A DNA stretch of 64,000 nucleotides from Rebecca billardiae RCC1528 (lineage: Eukaryota > Protista > Haptophyta), in assembly GCA_965240325.2 (NCBI GenBank), contig OZ251229.1, positions 62,001 through 126,000 on the forward strand. Reading direction: 5' to 3'. The notes under the pieces were generated by a model. That model saw nothing but the letters and a program-made list of their open reading frames with translations. It searched no databases and was not told the origin of the DNA. The translations under genes were made by a program, and so were the position numbers. Of the stretch, positions 22,502-32,654 are shown piece after piece (positions within the stretch are counted from its first letter, which is position 1; each line of letters starts with the position of its first letter).

Positions 22502-22940
22502 GGTCGGCGCGTGGATGCGCAATCAGCGCCTGCTGTCGTCGGCTGTCGAAGTCGATCCGCTCGACGGCCGTGCGCTGACAAAAAATCCAAAAATCCCTGC
22601 GGGCGCGAGAATGCATTCGCGTCTTCGTTGTCATCGCGATGCTATGACGAATCGGCGTCGCGAATTCTACATGCTGAAAGAATGAATTCTGACGATACGA
22701 TTTCTGGCTGATGATCTGCCAGAACGTGAGAGTCGCGATCTCGAGCCCGCCGTCCGCGGCGTCGGCGGACGGTCGGAGCCATCATTGGCAGGCTTCCGCG
22801 CGGCTGGGACCAGAGTACCAGTGTCACGGACGATGCGCAACCACTAACCAGAGCCCCCGACGAGTGGCGTATCATCACCCGTCGGCTTCCCCGTCACGGA
22901 CACAGCTGCCGCTGGTTGAGCTCGGCCGACTTGCGTCGAC

Positions 22941-23994
22941 GGAGGCCACTCGAGCGACTTCGTGTCAGGCGAGGCAGATCGCGCCAGTGCGAGGCGAGGC
23001 AGACGCTCGCCTGCCTCGCCTCGAGGCGAGGCAGCTAAGCTAGTAAAGCCGCGGCCGAACTTTACGAAAGCCAAATGTCTGCCGAGGCGCCGCCGGTCTT
23101 CGCGCACGGTGACAAGGGCGCGCGAGGGCGCTTCCTCACGATCCCGAAGAGCGCTGCGCGCGGCGTCGCGTTGGCGGCGGCAGCGGCGCTTGGGTGTATC
23201 TTGCCCATTCTGCGTGGCGGCGCGCGCTCATGACGCCTCGGCCGCCGCCACGCCATGCGCGACCAGGCGTGTCGCCTTCTTGACGGGCAGTGCACACGCC
23301 CTTGCAACCGCACAGCCGTGAAGAGCCGAGAGCGTCCGTCGCGAGCACGCCGCCCACGCGGGATGCGTTGTCAGGACTATTCGTATGACACTGGGTGTTC
23401 ACGCTCTGGCATGTGCAAGCCACGATGACCATGGGTAGCAGCTACGACGAGCAATGCTCACCTGCATTTCAGCCGATGACAACCTCTCGTTCAGCGATCT
23501 TGACTGCACTGAACGCATGGCGAACTCGGCGGAGCGCATGCGCAAGGTAGCTTCGTTGATATCACAACGCATCCCGCGTGGGCGGCGTGCTCGCGACGGA
23601 CGCTCTCGGCTCTTCACGGCTGTGCGGTTGCAAGGGCGTGTGCACTGCCCGTCAAGAAGGCGACACGCCTGGTCGCGCACGGCGTGGCGGCGGCCGAGGC
23701 GTCATGAGCGCGCGCCGCCACGCAGAATGGGCAAGATACACCCAAGCGCCGCTGCCGCCGCCAACGCGACGCCGCGCGCAGCGCTCTTCGGGATCGTGAG
23801 GAAGCGCCCTCGCGCGCCCTTGTCACCGTGCGCGAAGACCGGCGGCACCTCGGCAGACATTTGGCTTCCGTAAAGTTCGGCCGCGGCTTTACTAGCTTAG
23901 CTGCCTCGCCTCGAGGCGAGGCAGGCGAGCGTCTGCCTCGCCTCGCACTGGCGCGATCTGCCTCGCCTGACACGAAGTCGCTCGAGCGGCCTCC
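22941..23994. mobile_element. Foldback/MITE-like element with ~431-bp inverted arms and 192-bp spacer
   Basis: 22941-23371 is the reverse complement of 23564-23994 with about four substitutions seen; GG...CC termini; GAC on both outer sides. Confidence 0.85.
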
Positions 23995-24189
23995 GACGGT
24001 GTGAGGCCCGCGGCGGCGGGCCCCGCCGCCTGAACTGTGAGCAGCTGTCGGAGTGGCCGATCAGCAGGGCGGCAGCAGCCGCAGCCGTGGGCTCAAGCGC
24101 GCGTTGGGCGTGGCACGCCGAGCGTCGCCAGCGCGCGCTCCCCCCGCGCCCCGCCCGGCCGCTCGCCCAGCCTCGAGCGCGGCGTGCGC

Positions 24190-24367
24190 GCTCACTGCCA
24201 AGGCAGCTCACTGCCACGGCAGCTCACTGCCACGGCAGCTCACTGCCACGGCAGCTCACTGCCACGGCAGCTCACTGCCACGGCAGCTCACTGCCACGGC
24301 AGCTCACTGCCACGGCAGCTCACTGCCACGGCAGCTCACTGCCACGGCAGCTCACTGCCACGGCAGC
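24190..24367. repeat. 16-bp minisatellite (GGCAGCTCACTGCCAC), about 11 copies
   Basis: Read directly; the period is confirmed by 16-aa periodicity in overlapping ORF translations. Overlaps the NDUFA13 stop codon. Confidence 0.95.
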
Positions 24368-24887
24368 GCCTTGGGCCGCACCCACTCGACCGTCTCAAAC
24401 GTCGAGCTGCCCGCCTCCCAGCCGGGCACGTCGGCCATGAGCTCGCGCTCCTTCGCGTCCATCGCCGCCTTCACCTCGAGGTACCGCTGGTCCTCCTCCG
24501 CCTGCAGGTACGGCAGGATCGTCATCCGGATGTCCGCCTGCTCCACCTTGAGCCGGTTGCGCGCGTAGATGCCGTTCACGCTGAAGTACCAGCCGTACGC
24601 GACGAGCGCGCCCACGCTGCCGATGAGCACGAGGTTGCTCGGGCCCTTGGGCGGGATGTTCTTCTTGTACCGCACCTCCGGGTACCCGCCGGGCGGCGGC
24701 CCGTCCTGCTCCACGCGGGGGCCGGCGCACGCGGGGCCGTGCCGCGCGGGGGTCGGCCGCACACGCGCTCGGGGGCGCGCCCCGGCTCGCGCGCGCGCGG
24801 CTCGCTCACCTGCACGTATGCGGGCGAGGACGACAGCCGCCGACGCGCGACAAGCCGGCGCAGCGGCGCGCGCGCGAGGCCCAGCAT
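24352..24887 (-). CDS. NDUFA13: NADH dehydrogenase 1 alpha subcomplex subunit 13 (GRIM-19/B16.6); exons 24887-24810 and 24705-24352
   Basis: Spliced product reads VQ|DGPPPGGYPEVRYKKNIPPKGPS...ILPYLQAEEDQRY...MADVPGWEAG; GT-AG intron 24809-24706. Confidence 0.93.
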
Positions 24888-25151
24888 GCTCCTGCCGAAC
24901 GCCCCTTGTGTCCGGCGACGCCGCGCAGGCCGCCCCTGAGCTCCTCGACGCGGCTGAGCTCGAGCTCTTGATCAGGCGTCAAGGGCCGAGGAGGCACCGC
25001 CGACCGAGGATGGAGGGTCCGGGGACCGGGAGCGCCGGACTTCAAAAGGTCCAACTCCCGGACTGCACGGCCGAGTGTCTGTTGCGCGTGGGCGTCTCCG
25101 AGCGCACGCGCGGCCGCTCGTCGCGCGTCGGCGGACCACGCGGCGCGCGCG

Positions 25152-26186
25152 ATGGTGCAGGCCGCCTTCGCGCGGCTCGCCCCGTCCCACCCGCACGACA
25201 GCGCGTTCGGGCGCGGCGAGCAGCACCCGATCTTCCACCAGCCCAACACGGGGCACGTGCTGAGCAGGCCGCACTCCAAGCTCGGCCCGACCAGCTTCGC
25301 GGACGCGCACATGGTGCCGATGGGCAGCACGCGCGGCCGCGCGGGCGCGACGACGCTCGACCGCTTCGCCCGCACCTACCAGGACCGCGTCGCGCCGCCG
25401 CCCGGCCCCGCGGCCTACAGCCCGCACCTGCCCTCGCAGTTTGACGTCGCGGGCAGGGGGCGGCCTTCGAGCTCGCACACGCTCGCGCGCCGCGCGTTCG
25501 CGGAGGAGATGCGCGCGCAGCAGCGCGCGAAGCGGCCGCACACCGCGCCGCCGGGCGGCCACGCCCGCGCCGCCCCGGCCGCGCCCCGCCCCGCCCGGCC
25601 GCGCCCGCGCAGCGCGTACCGCCGGGGTGTGCGCATGGAGCCCACGGCGGCGCCCTCGCCCACGCGGTACGCGCCGCTGCCCCGGCCCGACGTCGTCAAC
25701 GTGGCGGGCGCGCCCGCGCTGCTCGCCAGCCGGCACGACGTGGACGTGCGCAACGTGCTGCACGCCTCGCGCGCCGCCAGCCCGCACAGCCTCCCCGCGC
25801 CGCGCACGTACGGCGTGCCGCGCGCGGCCGTGCGGCCCGTCACGCCCGAGCTGCACCGCGTGGCGAGCGCGCCCCTGCGGACGGACTACGCGGGGCGGCC
25901 GCCGCCCGCGCGCGCGAGGGTGGGGGTCGGGCGGCCGCAGACGGCGCCCGTGCTGCTGCGGATGGCGCAAGCTCGAGCAGTCGCGCCGCTGCCGCTGCCG
26001 CCGCGCGCGACGAGCGCCGGGCCCGCGCCGGCGCGCACGGTCGGAGGCAGCACGCTCGCGCACGCTTGGACGCACGCTTGCACGCAGAGCAGCGGCGGCA
26101 GCGGCGCAGCCCGCGCCCACGCCAGGCCGAGTCTGGCGGAGAGCCCGTCGGTCGCGACGGCGATGCTGTCGCGGACATCCTCATAG
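25152..26186 (+). CDS. Hypothetical basic Pro/Arg-rich protein, possibly ciliary (PGP.AY motif)
   Basis: 344 aa ATG ORF with GC3-biased codons, PPPGPAAYSP and repeated RPxTA/RPxSA motifs. Confidence 0.55.
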   Translation: MVQAAFARLAPSHPHDSAFGRGEQHPIFHQPNTGHVLSRPHSKLGPTSFADAHMVPMGSTRGRAGATTLDRFARTYQDRVAPPPGPAAYSPHLPSQFDVAGRGRPSSSHTLARRAFAEEMRAQQRAKRPHTAPPGGHARAAPAAPRPARPRPRSAYRRGVRMEPTAAPSPTRYAPLPRPDVVNVAGAPALLASRHDVDVRNVLHASRAASPHSLPAPRTYGVPRAAVRPVTPELHRVASAPLRTDYAGRPPPARARVGVGRPQTAPVLLRMAQARAVAPLPLPPRATSAGPAPARTVGGSTLAHAWTHACTQSSGGSGAARAHARPSLAESPSVATAMLSRTSS

Positions 26187-26682
26187 CGCGCGGCGTGCGC
26201 GCACCCTGCAGCATCGGTACTCTGCCAGTGGCAGCGCCATGCAGCGCGACCGGCCGGGGCCCTGCCTCGCGCGCCGGCGCCTGCTGCTCGGCGGCCGCTT
26301 CGAACGGCGGCCGGCGCCACGGGTTCGACGCCTGGCGAACAGGTCCACACGGCGTGGGCTTTATTGGCGTACGGCGCTGTGACCTGCTGACGAGTGCTAC
26401 CGACTCCGGCCGTGTATTCGAAGTCGATCCGGTACGAGTATACCGTCCGTCGGCCGCCGGCGCAGACGCGACCGGGCGACTGCTGACGACCGGACACTGA
26501 CGTCACGTGCACTTCAATGACGCTCCGTCAGTCCGTCGCCGTCGCCGTCGGCGTCGGTCGTCGTCGATCTCGGTCGTGCTGGCTGCGTTATTGCCTATTG
26601 GCAGGCCGGCAGCACTATGCAGCAGCGGCTCAGCCGGGCACCGGCACTCGGTCGGATCGCGGAGCCGACTAGGCACTCACTA

Positions 26683-28401
26683 TAGGGGGGCCAAAGTGGC
26701 ACTGTAGCGTTACTGACGGCCACGAGCGCGGGTCCTAGCGAGTGTTTAGAGCTGATTTCGGGCTGGATCATTTGCCCTCTGGAGGGGTCTGGGCCGGCCA
26801 TGTAAAAAAACCAGGTGCACATACCCTGAATATATAGGGCGTAACGGCTAGCATATTTACTTATTAGAATGAGCCTGAACTTATTGGAAACGGTATGTAA
26901 CGGTCGTCCTATATGTGACATATAGACCATGTCGACCTCACTTTGATAGAGCATCTCAGCGAGATCGATCTGAGTCCCCAGCAGCAGCAGGTCCCAACAT
27001 GCGATATAGGCTGTGTACTGGCAGGCTGTCAAATATGTAGTTTCCTAGAAGCCACCGATCGTTACATACCCACTGTGTATATAGGCGCCATGCTGATGAA
27101 TACAGCCTCGTCTGATCTCGAGCTGCGAGATACGTTTTCAGACTGTGTATACAGCCACGCGTACGGCGTATTGCAGACATAGTAGACCCAAAGCACCGGC
27201 CCCACGTCCTTAGCCCGGGAGTGCTCTCGGTCATAGTCAAGGTTTAAAGTGACTCGAGCCAACCGTCACCGCTCCCTGGCCGAGACCTACGAGGCAGGTC
27301 AAATCTGTCGTCGTCGCAGTGCGGCACAGTGCCGAGCATGCGATTCGGCAGCAAACGTCTGCTCCAGGCGGTGGCTGGCGTGTCTGCACCAAACCAGGCT
27401 GGATGGGATTGGTCCATATAGGTACGCACTACCCTGTTCCGCGCTATTTCTGGGCTTAGGGGCGGATATTCGGCCTACAGAGGCTGATCCGGCGCTGTTC
27501 GGCGCTCCTGGCTGGCTGCGCGGAGCCCACCGGCAAGCGCCGGCGTGTGCAAGGTGTCAAGATTGAGACGGTCTCTGACGCTCCCGCCGGTCTTGGGCGC
27601 ACCAGGGTGCATGAGGGCCCATCTGCATCTGCTTCTGCAGGCACGAGCGTCACAGGGGCGCGCTTGCAGGCACGGTCGAGTGCACGTCGGACCTGTCGAA
27701 TGAGCCAACCGCTGCCTGCGAGCACGTCCGCGACGTCCTGAGAGGCGAATGGGAGGCGCCCAGACGCCATCAGAGGGCACACGTGACCCATACCCAACGT
27801 ACTGACCATCGCAAGTGCCACGGCAGGTGCAAACACGGGCCCTACAAGCGGAACATGACAGTTGCGAGCTCCGCGGAGGTGTTGCGCGCGAGCTCGCGCC
27901 GGTCTGCTGACGGCGATTCCGGCGCAGCAGGGCAGGTTAGGCGAGCTGGGCATCCACATACATACATGGGCACTTGGTGCGAGCATCGATCTCAACTGTG
28001 CGAGTTGATCATGAGCCACACCGTGCGGTAGCGTGACGGGCGCACGCAGCGCGCCAATTCAAGCCGGCCGACGCGCGCCGCGCACGGCGCGAGATGGCCA
28101 AGAAGCGGGTGGTGAGCCGCTGGTGGCGCAAAGGCACGGGTCAGTAGCGCCCACCAGCGTCACGCGCGCGCGCACCCGAGACCATCTCGGCGTCTCAAAG
28201 GTCGCGAGCGCGCGGCGGTCCACTGCCTCCGGCCGCTCGCGCTGGAGCGGAACCGAGCTCTGAGCGTCCGAAGGCGTCGGAGCTCGATTTTCGAGCGGGG
28301 TCCGAGAAAAAGGCTCCGCGCCACCCTAAAAGGCCGAGGGCGGAGCGAAAATGCGACGCGACTTTGCTTTTCATTTTTAAATGGGCGGTTTGGCCCCCCT
28401 A
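26683..28401. mobile_element. Non-autonomous TIR DNA transposon with 13-bp TIR and 7-bp TSD
   Basis: Left end TAGGGGGGCCAAA, right end TTTGGCCCCCCTA; CTCACTA directly flanks both ends (26676-26682 and 28402-28408); lower-GC interior without an intact ORF. Confidence 0.85.
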
Positions 28402-28989
28402 CTCACTAGGCCCGTCACTGTACGGTCACTAGTCGCACTGGCCAGTGACTGGCCGCGCGGATCTGCGGAATAATGCATATCGCGCGCCATATTCACTACT
28501 GTTAATGATCTATATGATAATAGTACTAGCTACACTCTCCATGAAGCCTGCCGTAGAGGTATCATGATGTGATGTGACTTCACTACTGAGTCTACTCACT
28601 AGCCAGTACATATCAGTACTCATTTACATTAGTCCGCGCTGCGCGGACCGGGCTCGCTGCTGCTAAGAATCAGCCAGCAGCCCGCAAACTGCGATCGATG
28701 ATGATATCATCAGCAGCATGGCCATCATGTCGTGACGATGACTAGTTCGTCACGACACGACGAGTCCATCGGTCTATCCTGCCATTTTTGCAGGAATCTG
28801 GAGTTTCCAGGAAGAGTGCGGGAAGCTGTAAGTGGGCGCGCACGCGCGCGCGCTCTGATTGGCCGACGTGACACGCCCGATTCCTCGTCATCCCTAGCTG
28901 TTGAGCGGTGCAGTCGGGCCCACCCGACCACGGCCGCCGTGCTGGCGGGCGGCACCCGACCACGGCCGCTGTGCTTGGCGGGCCACCTG

Positions 28990-29200
28990 ACCGCCCGACC
29001 CGACCCGACTACCCGACTGCCAGTGCCACGCCGCGCCAAGACCCCCCCCCCCCACCCGACCGCCCGACCCGACCCGACCGCCCGACTGCCACGCCGGTCC
29101 GGGGCTAGTCCGGACCAGCCCGGGCCATGGCCGCCGGGCGCCGCGCCAAGACCCCCCCCCGACCCGACCCGACCACCCGACTGCCTCGGACTGCCACGCC
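28990..29200 (-). repeat. About one inverted copy of the 185-bp G-tract satellite unit
   Basis: CCGACCCGACC, GCCAAGA-Cn and GGGGCTAGTCCGG are reverse complements of the 31375-32560 array motifs. Confidence 0.85.
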
Positions 29201-29209
29201 CGGCCGCCC

Positions 29210-30550
29210 GTGCTACCACCGGCCGGGGCAAATCGCGCGCGCGCCGGCGGCGACGAGCCGTGCACCCACGAGATTGTGTTCCTCCGCGACGCCGACGGCC
29301 ACAGGGTGGGCGGTCGGCTGCACGTGCCGAGCGCCTCTCTGCCGCGGCTGGACGCGCTCGTCGCGTCGTCGTACGCGCTGCTTGGCGCGCGCGCGCCCAT
29401 GGTCGTCGAGACGTTCGGCGCGCGCGCGCGGTTCGGCGTCGACGTGGATCTGCGCTTCTCCCGCATGCCCTCGTACGACGCCCTCGCCGCGCTGCTCGTC
29501 GACCTCTACGACGCGGCAGACGCTGCGTTCCACGGCGTGCCCCGTCCCGCGCGCGGCCACGCCGTGCACGTCTCGGCGCGCGCGGCGACGCCCTCGCGCC
29601 CCGGGGTCGCCGCGGACGACGCCGGCCTGTTCCGCGCGGGCCTGCACGCCACCTGGGGCGACAGTGCGGTCCTGAGCTCCTCGGAGGCGCAGCGCGTCGC
29701 GCGGGAGCTGGACGTGCGGCTGCAGGCGAGCCCTGTGCGCGCCCTCTTTGCCAAGGCCGAGGTCGATGGGTCGATCTACCGCTCCGGCTTGCGCTTGCCG
29801 TTCACGGCCAAGGCGGACGGCGGCCCGCCCTACCTGCCCGCCGCCGTCGTCGCTGCCGACGGCTCGGGCGTCGTGCGCTGCGCCTGGCTCTCGGCGCTGC
29901 CGGCCGGGCACGCCCTGCGGCAGCGCTGCGAGCCGGCGCGTTGGCTCGCGCTGACGCGGCTGCGCACCGAGCGCTTCGAGTTCGCCGCGAGCGCCGCGGC
30001 GGGCAGCGCCCGCCCCGGCGCGCCGGCGGCGGCGCGGCGTGCGCCGCCGTGCCCGCCGCCCCACCCGCAGGCGCCGCTCTGCGCGCGCGCCGCGGGGCGC
30101 GGCGCGCTCGTCGCGTGGCTCAACGCGCAGCTCGACGCGCACGCGGCCGGCGCAGGCGACGCCGGGCACTGGCCGCGCGTCCAGCGGGTGTACGCAGGGA
30201 GCACGCCGCACGGCCGCATCGCGACGTGCTCGACCACGAGCAGGTGGTGCGAGCGCAAGCGCGGCGAGCATGCGAGCAGGACCGTCTACTACGTCGCCAA
30301 CGCCGACGGCATGGACCTGTGCTGCGGTGATCCCGTGTGCGTCGCCGCTGCTGGCGGCCGGCGCGGCGCGCGCGCCGTTCGCCTCCGGGGGCTACCGTAC
30401 CGCCATCTGCCCAGCGGCGCGTGCGCGCGCGGGTGCTGCGGCCCCGCGCAGCAGCCCGCCCGTGAGGCCGGCTGCGGCACCGCCGCGGCGCTGCCCGCCC
30501 CTGGCCAGACGTTTGCGGCGCTCTGCTCCGACGCCTTCGGCGGAACTTAG
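29210..30550 (+). CDS. Archaeo-eukaryotic primase (AEP) / PrimPol of the NCLDV-herpesvirus clade with C-terminal UL52-like Zn ribbon; start uncertain
   Basis: TH...GGRLHVP N-terminus, motif I RFGVDVD, motif II GLH, motif III DGSIYRSGLRLPFTAK, and SRWC...H.SRTVYY...CCGDPVC; intronless. First in-frame ATG is 29399. Confidence 0.8.
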   Translation: MLPPAGANRARAGGDEPCTHEIVFLRDADGHRVGGRLHVPSASLPRLDALVASSYALLGARAPMVVETFGARARFGVDVDLRFSRMPSYDALAALLVDLYDAADAAFHGVPRPARGHAVHVSARAATPSRPGVAADDAGLFRAGLHATWGDSAVLSSSEAQRVARELDVRLQASPVRALFAKAEVDGSIYRSGLRLPFTAKADGGPPYLPAAVVAADGSGVVRCAWLSALPAGHALRQRCEPARWLALTRLRTERFEFAASAAAGSARPGAPAAARRAPPCPPPHPQAPLCARAAGRGALVAWLNAQLDAHAAGAGDAGHWPRVQRVYAGSTPHGRIATCSTTSRWCERKRGEHASRTVYYVANADGMDLCCGDPVCVAAAGGRRGARAVRLRGLPYRHLPSGACARGCCGPAQQPAREAGCGTAAALPAPGQTFAALCSDAFGGT

Positions 30551-30807
30551 CTGCTGCAGCTAGCTGCTCGGCCGCCGCCACTTGTTAATGTTAGTCTGAG
30601 TTTAGAGTTAGGACGACGACGCGGCAATCAATAACTGTAACAGTCGCGTATCGGTCAGAATGCATCCTCAGCACACAGTGGTCAGTGCGGACGGGCAGAC
30701 GACGTCAGCATTATTATAATATATTCAGAATTATACATATCGGAGTTGGAAGCTGCGCGGCTGAGCGGTCGAACGCCTACGTGCCCACGCTGATGCGCGC
30801 CGGCGCC

Positions 30808-31340
30808 CCCACGCCCCCATTTGTCCACCCGGACAAGGCGCGCGCACGGCGCGGCGGGCAGTCACGGTTGGCTCAGCCGGGCGGGCCGCTCGTGCGCGGC
30901 GCATCGACCCGTCTCCTCGCGCTCGGCGCCGCCCGCAGCGTGCGCGTCCGGCCACGCGCGCCGCGGTCGCGCGGCGAGCGCGCTGGCGACCGAGGGCGTC
31001 GGCCGCGCGACGGCGCGCGCGCGCGCGCCACGCCCCCATTTGTCCACCCGGCGCGGCGCGCGCGCGCGCGCGGGGCCCGCGCGCGCGGCCAAGGTCGTCA
31101 GCCGCGCGACGGCGCGCGCGCGCGCGCCACGCCCCCATTTGTCCACCCGGCGCGGCGCGCGCGCTGCGCGGCGCGGCGACCCGTCCGTCCTCGCGCTGCG
31201 CCGCCCGCGGCGTGCGCACCCGGCCACGCGCGCCGCGGTCGCGCGGCGAGCGCGCTGGCGACCGAGGTCGTCGGCCGCGCGACGGCGCGCGCGCGCGCGC
31301 CACGCCCCCATGTGTCCACCCGGCGCGGCGCGCGCGCGTT
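30808..31340 (+). repeat. Irregular direct repeats (ACGCCCCCATTTGTCCACCCGG core), four copies
   Basis: Core at about 30811, 31030, 31129 and 31302, with shared CCGCGCGACGGCGCGCGCG flanks. Confidence 0.85.
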
Positions 31341-31374
31341 GTGCCCCGGCCGGGCGGCCGGGGCGTGGCCCCGA

Positions 31375-32560
31375 GTCGGGCAGTCGGGTCGGGTCGGGCG
31401 GTCGGGTGGGGGGGGGGGGTCTTGGCGCGGCGCGGCGCGGCGGCCATGGCCCGGACTGGTCCGGACTAGCCCCGGACTGGCGTGGCAGCCCCGGACTGGC
31501 ATGGCAGTCGGGCAGTCGGGTCGGGTCGGGCGGTCGGGTGGGGGGGGGGGGTCTTGGCGCGGCGTGGCACTGGCAGTCGGGCGGTCGGGTCGGGTCGGGC
31601 GGTCCGGGGTGGGGGGCCGGGGGGGTCTTGGCGCGGCGGCGGCGGCGGCGGCCATGGCCCGGACTGGCCCGGACTAGCCCCGGACTGGCGTGGCAGTCGG
31701 GCGGTCGGGTCGGGTCGGGCGGTCGGGTGGGGGGGGGGGGTCTTGGCGCGGCGTGGCACTGGCAGTCGGGCGGTCGGGTCGGGTCGGGCGGTCGGGTGGG
31801 GGGCGGGGGGTCTTGGCGCGGCGGCGGCGCGGCGGCCATGGCCCGGACTGGCCCGGACTAGCCCCGGACTGGCGTGGCAGTCGGGCGGTCGGGTCGGGTC
31901 GGGCGGTCGGGTGGGGGGGGGGGGGTCTTGGCGCGGCGTGGCACTGGCAGTCGGGCGGTCGGGTCGGGTCGGGCGGTCGGGTGGGGGGGGGGGGGGGTCT
32001 TGGCGCGGCGGCGGCGCGGCGGCCATGGCCCGGACTGGCCCGGACTAGCCCCGGACTGGCGTGGCAGTCGGGCGGTCGGGTCGGGTCGGGCGGTCGGGTG
32101 GGGGGGGGGGGGTCTTGGCGCGGCGTGGCACTGGCAGTCGGGCGGTCGGGTCGGGTCGGGCGGTCGGGTGGGGGGGGGGGGTCTTGGCGCGGCGGCGGCG
32201 CGGCGGCCATGGCCCGGACTGGCCCGGACTAGCCCCGGACTGGCGTGGCAGTCGGGCGGTCGGGTCGGGTCGGGCGGTCGGGTGGGGGGGGGGGGGTCTT
32301 GGCGCGGCGTGGCACTGGCAGTCGGGCGGTCGGGTCGGGTCGGGCGGTCGGGTGGGGGGGGGGTCTTGGCGCGGCGGCGGCGCGGCGGCCATGGCCCGGA
32401 CTGGCCCGGACTAGCCCCGGACTGGCGTGGCAGTCGGGCGGTCGGGTCGGGTCGGGCGGTCGGGTGGGGGGGGGGGGTCTTGGCGCGGCGTGGCACTGGC
32501 AGTCGGGCGGTCGGGTCGGGTCGGGCGGTCGGGTGGGGGGGGGGGTCTTGGCGCGGCGGC
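31375..32560 (+). repeat. Higher-order tandem array, ~185-bp unit, about 6.4 copies, strongly G-skewed
   Basis: GGCCATGGCCCGGACTGG recurs at about 31442, 31650, 31835, 32021, 32205 and 32387. Each unit has two GGCAGTCGGGCGGTCGGGTCGGGTCGGGCGGTCGGGT-Gn-TCTTGGCGCGGCG subunits with variable G-tract length. Confidence 0.95.
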
Positions 32561-32654
32561 GGCGGGCGGCCGCCGCCAGCGGCGGCAGCTGGCGGCGCCG
32601 CGGCGCGGCGGCGCGCGCGCGGACCGTCGCTGACTATACAGAGGAATCAAACAG

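Noticed and set aside
22962-23973. Duplicated 119-aa genes on opposite strands
   Set aside because: They are the two arms of the foldback element, with non-ATG starts and no coding signature.
24190-24367. CRISPR array or repeat-protein ORFs
   Set aside because: Head-to-tail 16-mer without spacers; the ORFs are by-products of the repeat.
28728-28777. Helitron 3' end
   Set aside because: A hairpin is present, but there is no correctly placed CTRR terminus and no Rep/helicase remnant.
31375-32560. CRISPR-like array
   Set aside because: No unique spacers; whole units repeat, the context is eukaryotic and there are no cas genes.
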